Below are positions 26,092 through 33,292 of a DNA stretch of 33,292 nucleotides, in pieces; within the stretch, counting starts at the first letter, position 1; every line of letters starts with the position of its first letter. The translations under genes were made by a program, and so were the position numbers. Source of the stretch: Candidatus Thorarchaeota archaeon (GTDB taxonomy: Archaea; Asgardarchaeota; Thorarchaeia; Thorarchaeales; Thorarchaeaceae); NCBI GenBank assembly GCA_016840855.1, contig JAEORO010000157.1:1-33292 (forward strand), given 5' to 3'. Under the pieces are notes generated by a model, which was not told where the DNA came from, ran no database searches, and saw nothing but the letters and a program-made list of their open reading frames with translations.

Positions 26092-28059
26092 TCAACCTAG
26101 CAATCCAGCTGTCCATAAAACAATCCGTAGTCCAATGAGTGCATCATCGCCTACTCCATATTCTCCTAGCAAAGCATAATTGTCGATGAAGAAGTTGGTT
26201 CCTGTTACTACGATTCTTCCTCCACTAGTATCTTCCCTACATCCCAAAACTGGTGCTGCTGGGTGGTAGCTGGCAAGCTGAGTCCCTCCTGGAGGAACAT
26301 GTATAGTAGCTCCATGATAATGGAATCCACTTAATCCAGAGGTGATTGGGTGTGAATCAAGATTTTCAATAAGTACTGGATCCTCTCCAGAGGGTACCTC
26401 AAGACCTGTGAGTTCAAATCCGGAAAAGCTCAGGAAATCATTGACTTGCGTGATATTTGTAAAACTAGCACCAAGGGTTGCTAAGAATATTCCTCCTCCA
26501 TTCCCATAATACTGCGAATAGGCAAGTTTCTCAGCAGCAGAGAATGGTAAAGAGTAAGCACTAGTTTCTGTCGGAATGGTTTCATTAGCATCATACACAC
26601 ATGGATCAAGTATGATGACTGAATCAAATTGTTGCAAGACTGAAAGTGTTGTTGCTGTGCTGTTTCGTATTTCAGTAACAGAAATATCGTTTGAAGTTAG
26701 CTCCTTGTAGAATTCCCTAAACTGACCATAGTAGGAATCAATTGACCACGAGGTGTGACTAATATCGAAAGCAACTCTTGCAATAGCTGATGACAACTCA
26801 AATGAAATCTCAAGACTTGTCGCTCCAAAATCTGTTGATGTGAACTGAATCGTATTGTTGAGCACCGATGGTCCTGATGAAGGCATGTGCGCAATAAGTG
26901 GGATAATTTTGCTCTGATTTACTTCGATAGTCGATGGGATATCGAAAATACTTGGGGAATCTCCAGTCACTGAAACTGTGAATGTTGTGCTACCTGATGT
27001 TAGTAATCTAACATTGAAATCGTAAGTGTCATCGTAAAATAGCTTCTCATAATCGATTGGTAGAGTAGCTGGAAAAGCTAAGCTCATAGCAGGTAGCTCG
27101 CCCTCTTGAGCAGCTGCAGCAAGTATCGTTTGAGAGTTTTGAACATTCAATTTCCCAGCTCCTACTACATAACTTGGATATTCAGTCATTGGATCTGCTC
27201 CTTTCATAAGAGCAGTCATTACTGACCCTGGACTATAGGTGATATTATTATCAATAGAATATCCAATGAGTTGCGCTGCTGCACCAGCAACACGAGGTGC
27301 TGCGAAGCTTGTTCCATAATATCTTGAAGTAGAGTCTGAAACCCATCCAAAAGCGCTGATATCTGGTTTCATGTATTTGTCGAATGTTGGGCCAGTCGAT
27401 GAGAATTCAGCGGGTGTATTGTCTTCATAGAGCGCTCCAACTGCAATACATTTTTCAAAAAGGCTAGGTGATGATATACTTGTACCAGCTAAACCGCTGT
27501 CTCCCTCATTACCTGCTGAGGAAACTACCACAACTCCTTTCGCGAAAGCCCATTCAACTGCTTGTTCTAGAGGGTCTCCCAAAACTGGACTTGAACCAAG
27601 ACTCATAGTGATAACGCTGCAATTCTGTTCAACTGCCCAGTATATTGCCGCTGTTAAACCAATAGGTGTTGCCACTCCATCAGTCCCTATCACTTTTCCA
27701 TTCACAATTTCTGCATTAGGTGTTTCAGCGACGAGGGTGGCAACAAGAGTGCCATGCGGAATATTCTCTGGTCGTGAGTCTGTGGTAGCTGTATCTATGA
27801 TATCATATCCATATTGAAGTTCAACGAAGCTTTTCTCCTCAACTACACGCCCTTGCAATGTGAAGCCAATGTCTATTCCCGAATCTAGGACTGCGACTCT
27901 GACTTTCGCGTTTGGACCATCACTAAATGGACCAATTCTGACAAGAAAGACCAATCCTGTTGATATAACGAGCATAAGGATAATGACAACTGCGATTATT
28001 CTTGTTCCACTAGATTTCTGCTTCCTAGGTGGTCCGTGCCAATAGTAATCGTCAATCAT
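26092..28059 (-). CDS. Membrane-anchored S8 (subtilisin-like) serine peptidase with C-terminal Ig-like and GATase-like domains; Site-1 protease (MBTPS1/SKI-1)-like architecture
   Basis: Triad VLDSG / HGTLVA / GTSFAAP and oxyanion AGNEG. N-terminal TM after PRKQK. C-terminal VAFDISH...FREFYKEL...FDSVIILDP...GGGIF. The track starts at 28107; ATG 28059 (MIDDYY) is plausible. Confidence 0.88.
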   Translation of the reverse strand: MIDDYYWHGPPRKQKSSGTRIIAVVIILMLVISTGLVFLVRIGPFSDGPNAKVRVAVLDSGIDIGFTLQGRVVEEKSFVELQYGYDIIDTATTDSRPENIPHGTLVATLVAETPNAEIVNGKVIGTDGVATPIGLTAAIYWAVEQNCSVITMSLGSSPVLGDPLEQAVEWAFAKGVVVVSSAGNEGDSGLAGTSISSPSLFEKCIAVGALYEDNTPAEFSSTGPTFDKYMKPDISAFGWVSDSTSRYYGTSFAAPRVAGAAAQLIGYSIDNNITYSPGSVMTALMKGADPMTEYPSYVVGAGKLNVQNSQTILAAAAQEGELPAMSLAFPATLPIDYEKLFYDDTYDFNVRLLTSGSTTFTVSVTGDSPSIFDIPSTIEVNQSKIIPLIAHMPSSGPSVLNNTIQFTSTDFGATSLEISFELSSAIARVAFDISHTSWSIDSYYGQFREFYKELTSNDISVTEIRNSTATTLSVLQQFDSVIILDPCVYDANETIPTETSAYSLPFSAAEKLAYSQYYGNGGGIFLATLGASFTNITQVNDFLSFSGFELTGLEVPSGEDPVLIENLDSHPITSGLSGFHYHGATIHVPPGGTQLASYHPAAPVLGCREDTSGGRIVVTGTNFFIDNYALLGEYGVGDDALIGLRIVLWTAGLLG

Positions 28060-28256
28060 TTGTACCAGGCTCATATTGCTTTGCATGCGGCTTGTGAACC
28101 CTAACATAAGAGCACATGAACCTATCGAATACTGAACCGGAAAGCTTCAAAAGGTCCAGAAAGGAAAATGAAGATGTCGGACTTGAGGTAGGAACATTCG
28201 AGTTTGATTTATCTATGAAAGAAGTACAGCATCTATACCCTTGAGAGGTCGTAGCT

Positions 28257-31166
28257 TTGTCGAATGAAGACGCCATCACATCCGAGAACGATTCTACTCA
28301 TGCTTATCATGCATTACCTCTTGAGGAAGTCTTCGAAACTCTACGGGCTGACCCTGAAAACGGATTACCAGATGACGAAGTAAGATTAAGGATTCAAAAA
28401 TTCGGACAAAATGCTATACCAAAGATTCGTGGACCATTCTGGCAGGTGTATATTGCCCCGATTATGAACTGGCTAATCACAATTTACATTCTCAGCTCAA
28501 TAGGACTCATCATAATTGCGCAGTTGCTTCCTCCAGGTGAGAATGAGATGGGGCAAGCTTTAGTGTGGCTTGGGATTGTTGCAATTAATGCCCTGGTAGC
28601 AATCTTTCAACAATATAGAGCGCAGAAAAAGCTGGAGGCTTTAGAGAAACTCTCCGCTGGAGAAGCCCGCGTTATCCGTCAAGGTTCTGAAAAGAGTGTT
28701 CCTCCATTTGAAATAGTTCCTGGTGACATCATTAAACTCGACCAAGGGGATCGAATTCCTGCTGACGCTAGATTAATCACTTCATCTAATCTCACTACAA
28801 ATGAAGCCTCTCTGACAGGTGAGAGTGTCCCAGTAGTAAAGGATGAACAAGCGATTGTTGCTCGCGACGTTCCACTCACCGATATGAGAAACATGGTCTT
28901 TTTTGGTACATATATAGCAACAGGAATGGCTACGGTTGTAACCACTGCAACTGGAGGTCACACTGAAATCGGAAAGATTCAGGGAACTCTTGAAGCGCTA
29001 AATACAGGTGATATCCCTCTAAGACGAAAAGTCAACCTTCTGGCAAAATATCTTGGAATTGCAGCATTAATTCTCATGAGTGTATCTGTGCTATGGCAAG
29101 TCTTTGTCTTTGATTGGCTCAATGGGCAACCAATCAACCTCGGGTATGAACATGTATTAGGACAGACGCAGGAAGCAATCACTCGCGCGATGACTATTAT
29201 GCCCATCAATATACCTCTACTAACAACAATTGTTCTATTGACTGGTGTTCTAGCCATGGCAAAGAAAGGTGTCATTATCAGAGACCTATCAGCTGTAGAG
29301 AGTCTTGGTAGAGTTAGTGTCATCTGTAGTGATAAGACTGGAACAATGACTCGCAATCAGATGACAGTCAAGTATTGTTGGGATACGCACAACCTTTACA
29401 CCGTTAAAGGAGATGGATACGACCCCATTGGTGGTATCTATCTTCTAGAGGGAGCTGACGATATAATTACCCTCGAGGTCAAGGAACAAGAGGTTCGAGA
29501 TGTATTCAAATGGAAGGGCCTTTTCCGTCTTGTCGTCTGTGGTGGCATCAATAATGACTCTGAAATAGTTAGAGAAATAATTCCTGATCAAGGTGAAATT
29601 TGGAAACCATTAGGAGACCCCACAGATGCTGCTTTACTTACGTTGTTTCGCAAGAGTGGACTTGATGAAGAAGCAATATCAAAGAAATACGAGATTATTC
29701 AAGAGTTTCCATTTGAATCTGAGCTCAAGCGAATGACCAAAATTTGTAAGGATGGCAAAAAGTTCGTAGCTTTCACCAAAGGCGCAACGGAAGTTCTCTT
29801 ACCTAAATGCACAATGGTGGATGGAAAAGATTCGCCCACGAAAATTACTTCTGATATTGTGAATAAAGTCCGGACATTCACTACCGACTTTGCGTCTAAG
29901 GGTTATCGTGTCATCTCACTCGCATATCGACAACTCGACAAAGTCCCAACGGGTAACGATGCCCGCGATGAAGCTGAGAATAATCTAATCTATCTTGGAT
30001 TCGCTTGTATCGTTGATCCTCCTAGAGATGGTGTGAAGGAAGCTGTGTCTGCTTGTCATAGTGCAGGAATTAATGTGATTATGATTACTGGCGATGCCGC
30101 TGCAACTGCTAAGACAATTGCTGAAGACTTGGGCATCTTCAAAGTAAATTCACTTGTTGTTGAAGGTAGCGACATAGCTGATGTTTCTGATGACGACTTT
30201 GCCCGAACGAACGTTTTCGCCAGAGTTGACCCTGACCACAAACAAATCATTGTAGAACGGTATCAGGATCAACAACGTGTTGTGGCTATGACTGGGGATG
30301 GAGTCAATGACGCCTTAGCACTAGCCATGAGTGATGCCGGTATTGCTATGGGTATTACTGGTACAGATGTGGCCAAGGAAGCTGCGGACCTAGTTATAAC
30401 GGATGATAGTTTTGCTTCAATTGTATCCGGTGTGCATCAAGGTAGAGGTCTCTTCAACAAGATACGTATGATGATTTACTTCTATGTGGCCATCAATCTC
30501 TTTGAAAGCATTATCTTCTTTGGAGCCCTGTTCTTTCTTCCTGATCTTAGTTTCCTAGAAACTTGGCAGAGCATCTATCTCGTAGTTACAACCCACTCAT
30601 TCCCAGGTCTGGCACTTGTCTTTGATAGAACATCGCCACATGCTATGGAAGACAAACCTCGTGACAGCCAAGCACTCATCACACGTAACCTTGGAAAGTT
30701 CATGGCACTAAATGTCATTTTGATGACTATTGGAGCTGCATCAGTCTTTATGCTCACATTGACTGGCTGGGGCAGTATTGTTGATGTCTATGTTGAGAAC
30801 AACTTGGGTTTCTATGGTACAATTGATGCTCCATATAAGGCAAATGTTATGCTTTTGTCAGTAATACTTCTAGTTGAAAGTACCATAGTCCTCAGTATTC
30901 GTCGTATCAATATGCCATTGCACAAAAGTATTCGAGAACCGGGAACGTGGGTTTTTGTGGTCTTGCTGGGACTAATCTATATTGCACACTTTCTCCTCAT
31001 GTATGTGCCATTGGCACAAGAGATTCTATCTGTCTACAGTCTGCATTTCTATTTTGCACCATTAACAAGCTATGACTGGCTAATCGTGGTTCTTGGAGCT
31101 CTTCCAGCAATCATTGGCCTCGAGTTGTATAAGTGGCGTTTTAGGAACCATGATGTTGATCTATAG
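28257..31166 (+). CDS. P-type ATPase with P2-like scaffold and atypical membrane ion-binding motifs
   Basis: LTGES, ICSDKTGTMT, GDPTD, PFES, KGATE, DPPR, MITGD, FARVDP, MTGDGVNDA, GTDVAKEAAD; about 10 TMs. TTG start with GAGGT SD. Confidence 0.93.
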   Translation: MSNEDAITSENDSTHAYHALPLEEVFETLRADPENGLPDDEVRLRIQKFGQNAIPKIRGPFWQVYIAPIMNWLITIYILSSIGLIIIAQLLPPGENEMGQALVWLGIVAINALVAIFQQYRAQKKLEALEKLSAGEARVIRQGSEKSVPPFEIVPGDIIKLDQGDRIPADARLITSSNLTTNEASLTGESVPVVKDEQAIVARDVPLTDMRNMVFFGTYIATGMATVVTTATGGHTEIGKIQGTLEALNTGDIPLRRKVNLLAKYLGIAALILMSVSVLWQVFVFDWLNGQPINLGYEHVLGQTQEAITRAMTIMPINIPLLTTIVLLTGVLAMAKKGVIIRDLSAVESLGRVSVICSDKTGTMTRNQMTVKYCWDTHNLYTVKGDGYDPIGGIYLLEGADDIITLEVKEQEVRDVFKWKGLFRLVVCGGINNDSEIVREIIPDQGEIWKPLGDPTDAALLTLFRKSGLDEEAISKKYEIIQEFPFESELKRMTKICKDGKKFVAFTKGATEVLLPKCTMVDGKDSPTKITSDIVNKVRTFTTDFASKGYRVISLAYRQLDKVPTGNDARDEAENNLIYLGFACIVDPPRDGVKEAVSACHSAGINVIMITGDAAATAKTIAEDLGIFKVNSLVVEGSDIADVSDDDFARTNVFARVDPDHKQIIVERYQDQQRVVAMTGDGVNDALALAMSDAGIAMGITGTDVAKEAADLVITDDSFASIVSGVHQGRGLFNKIRMMIYFYVAINLFESIIFFGALFFLPDLSFLETWQSIYLVVTTHSFPGLALVFDRTSPHAMEDKPRDSQALITRNLGKFMALNVILMTIGAASVFMLTLTGWGSIVDVYVENNLGFYGTIDAPYKANVMLLSVILLVESTIVLSIRRINMPLHKSIREPGTWVFVVLLGLIYIAHFLLMYVPLAQEILSVYSLHFYFAPLTSYDWLIVVLGALPAIIGLELYKWRFRNHDVDL

Positions 31167-31274
31167 GCTCGAACAACTCAAAATAGGAAAAATCTGAATT
31201 GTATATACATTATATATTTTGAAATGGAACTCTATAAATGATGGATTTTACACTAATCAGGTGGAGATATTAGC

Positions 31275-32132
31275 TTGGCTCGAAAGACCACTCATAGTAT
31301 TCGTCTTATGAAAAATAAAGGCAAGAAAATCGTCATGCTAACAGCATATGACGCACCCACTGCTGCAATACTAAGCGAAGTCGGAGTTGACATGATTCTA
31401 GTTGGTGACTCAGTCGGGAATTCATTATTAGGTTATGAGAGCACCATTCCGGTTACACTCGAGGATGTTATTCATCACAGTGCTGCAGTGGCACGAGCAC
31501 GTCCAGACTGTCTCATTGTTGGCGATATGCCTTTCATGTCCTATAAGGTCAGTGTTGAACAGGCTCTGGAGAATTGCGGTCTTATGCTCCAAGAGGGTGG
31601 AGCGGAAGCAGTTAAGATTGAAGGTGGTTCAGACTCTGTCGTTAGCATTGTGAAAACTATTGTTGACGCAGGAATTCCTGTAATGGGTCACATCGGTTTA
31701 ACACCGCAATCAATCTACCAACTGGGTGGTTATCGTATTCAGGGTCGCACTGCTGACATGGCTGAAGCGTTGGTCAAACAAGCCGTTAAACTGGAGGAAG
31801 CTGGTGCTTTTTCAATGGTCATAGAGCTAGTACCATCTGAAACTGCTAAACTCATATCTGAAACAGTAACTATTCCAACAATAGGTATTGGTGCTGGTCC
31901 GTATTGTGATGGACAAGTTCTCGTCCTTTGGGATATGCTGGGTCTATTTGAGGACTTCAAACCAAAATTCGTCAAAAAGTATGCTAATGTTCGTGAATTG
32001 ATCAAGAATGCTGTTTCTGAGTATTCAAAAGAAGTTCGAGAAGGTACGTTTCCTGACAAAGAACATAGCTTTGAGATGACTGAGGAAGAAACCGGCCGAC
32101 TCTACGGTCGTACTAAATCTAGAGATGGATAG
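31275..32132 (+). CDS. panB: 3-methyl-2-oxobutanoate hydroxymethyltransferase
   Basis: MLTAYD, ILVGDS, GDMPFMSY, AVKIEGG, PVMGHIGLTPQ, PTIGIGAG..CDGQVLV, PKFVKKY, GTFP. TTG start with GGTGGAG SD. Confidence 0.96.
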   Translation: MARKTTHSIRLMKNKGKKIVMLTAYDAPTAAILSEVGVDMILVGDSVGNSLLGYESTIPVTLEDVIHHSAAVARARPDCLIVGDMPFMSYKVSVEQALENCGLMLQEGGAEAVKIEGGSDSVVSIVKTIVDAGIPVMGHIGLTPQSIYQLGGYRIQGRTADMAEALVKQAVKLEEAGAFSMVIELVPSETAKLISETVTIPTIGIGAGPYCDGQVLVLWDMLGLFEDFKPKFVKKYANVRELIKNAVSEYSKEVREGTFPDKEHSFEMTEEETGRLYGRTKSRDG

Positions 32133-32154
32133 ATGTTACAAAAAGAGGAATAGT

Positions 32155-32178
32155 CAAGCCCCCTACCTAGAGGGCTTG
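32155..32178. terminator. Inverted repeat between convergent panB and DUF1858 genes
   Basis: CAAGCCC-cct acct aga-GGGCTTG, 7-bp perfect outer stem. Confidence 0.45.
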
Positions 32179-32191
32179 TATTTCGGATAAC

Positions 32192-32404
32192 CTATTTCTC
32201 TTTCTTTTCGATTGTTTCGTTTAGCGCTTTGACTAACTGCTCCGTGTTGATTCCATGAGCTTGTGCTCCTTGCTCAATGGTTTCAAATCTAGCGGCAGCA
32301 CAACCAAAGCACATTAACCCATGTTCTAGGAATGTTCCAGCTGTTTCAGGCCATTTCATGACTACTTCGCCAATGCTCATGTCTTTCGTTACTGCTTCTG
32401 CCAT
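32192..32404 (-). CDS. DUF1858-family small CxxC protein (hybrid-cluster-associated redox disulfide domain)
   Basis: VTKDMSIGEVV.KWPETA..F..HGLMCFGC.AA.FETIEQGA.AHGI....LV..LN. ATG 32404 is preceded by a GGTGA SD, which contains the track's GTG start at 32413. Confidence 0.88.
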   Translation of the reverse strand: MAEAVTKDMSIGEVVMKWPETAGTFLEHGLMCFGCAAARFETIEQGAQAHGINTEQLVKALNETIEKKEK

Positions 32405-32485
32405 TGTATTCACCTTGTTAACAATAATTAATTGTCATAAACACACAAGTCTTGAAATCTGCGAATATATACTTTACTTTTGCTA

Positions 32486-32908
32486 CTATAACAACAAGTG
32501 GTCAAGTCCCATCTCTTTCAAGACAGCTGGATATACATCATATAGCGGCTTAATCTTTGAGAGTAGTCCTAGGGCTTTTGCTACAGAGCCCTCTAATTTG
32601 ACCTGTCCTCTTGCCATTGCCACTGTTGTGTTTAGTTTTCCTTGCCAAAACTTGTTAGTGGTTTCAGATTTTGACCAGACCGAGATTTCAGGTTCAACAT
32701 CACTATCAAATGTCAGAGTACCAATCTCACCACTTGGTCCAGGGTCTCTGAAGTTTATCGTCATATGGACTTCAGGATCCTCAACATCAAAACGAACCAC
32801 AACCTGTGATTTTTTGAGTTTCTCCATAATCTCAGCGTTTCCTCTTGCTTTAACCCAGAAATTGTTGAATATCTCCTTGAACTGCTCACTGCTTTCAAAG
32901 CCAGTCAT
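32486..32908 (-). CDS. Stand-alone SCP2 sterol/lipid-binding domain protein
   Basis: FWQGKLN..VAMARGQVKLEGSVAKALGL is the typical SCP2 C-terminal signature. GAGGAGGT SD. Confidence 0.8.
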   Translation of the reverse strand: MTGFESSEQFKEIFNNFWVKARGNAEIMEKLKKSQVVVRFDVEDPEVHMTINFRDPGPSGEIGTLTFDSDVEPEISVWSKSETTNKFWQGKLNTTVAMARGQVKLEGSVAKALGLLSKIKPLYDVYPAVLKEMGLDHLLL

Positions 32909-32972
32909 ATTTACTGACCTCCTCTAGTATGAAAGCTTATGCTCGATAGAAATCTTTTGATTTACCAAAATC

Positions 32973-33292
32973 CTAATTCACATGCATATATCTAAGAAGC
33001 TCCCACTCTGTAATCTCAGAAGTCCCAGGATTTCCTGTTGACTTAACATAATCTTTCCATTCACGTTTCCGCAAAGAAACCAATGAATTGACAACTGAAG
33101 TTCCAAGTACTTTTTTCATCATTGTACTTCTTTCTAAGACATCAATGGCTTCTTCTAAGGATCCCGGAAGTGACTTCAGAGAGATTCCTGATGTATACAG
33201 ATTCTTGTCAGTTGGCTCAGGTGGTTCAATTCTCCTATCAATTCCATCCATCCCTGCAGCAAGAATGGTTGCTATAACAAGGTGTGGTGAAG
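32973..33292 (-). CDS. glnA: Glutamine synthetase family protein, C-terminal part (partial; gene continues beyond window)
   Basis: SPHLVIATILAAGMDGI.RRIEPPEP.DKNLY...LPGSLEEAIDVL...K.EW..Y...ITEWEL.RY. The frame is open to the window edge. Confidence 0.85.
   Translation of the reverse strand, partial: SPHLVIATILAAGMDGIDRRIEPPEPTDKNLYTSGISLKSLPGSLEEAIDVLERSTMMKKVLGTSVVNSLVSLRKREWKDYVKSTGNPGTSEITEWELLRYMHVN

Noticed and set aside
28052-28279. 75-aa minus-strand ORF across the protease/ATPase intergenic region
   Set aside because: Overlaps both start regions, is Ser-rich and has no motif; more likely promoter DNA.
395-32059. Remaining short (60-145 aa) ORFs nested in or antisense to annotated genes
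   Set aside because: All overlap longer motif-supported CDSs and show no recognisable protein features.
32277-32927. 216-aa plus-strand ORF
   Set aside because: Antisense to the DUF1858 and SCP2 genes; no recognisable motifs.

Overview
Archaeal genomic window of about 33 kb. The gene content, GGTGA/GAGGT ribosome-binding sites and many TTG/GTG starts suggest an Asgard archaeon, possibly Thorarchaeota; this is inference, not a database result. Left part (+): the end of a biotin carboxylase, a biotin carboxyl carrier protein, a thiolase-fold protein lacking the nucleophile Cys, a giant 4027-aa membrane-anchored surface protein with 15 tandem repeats of exactly 98 aa (294 nt), a DUF35 Zn-ribbon/OB-fold protein and an IVD-type acyl-CoA dehydrogenase. 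Middle (mostly -): a membrane protein, a leuB-leuC-leuD-like operon, an FAH-family hydrolase (+), two TPR proteins, a 4-TM protein, a PHP histidinol-phosphatase and an MFS transporter preceded by a structured non-coding element. Right: a membrane-anchored subtilase with Site-1-protease-like architecture, divergent from a P-type ATPase whose Ca2+ site-II ligands are replaced (PIN instead of PEG, as in P4 flippases), then panB, a DUF1858 protein, an SCP2 protein and the 3' end of glnA. No rRNA, tRNA, CRISPR array or transposase was recognised. All motif comparisons are by eye against remembered family motifs.
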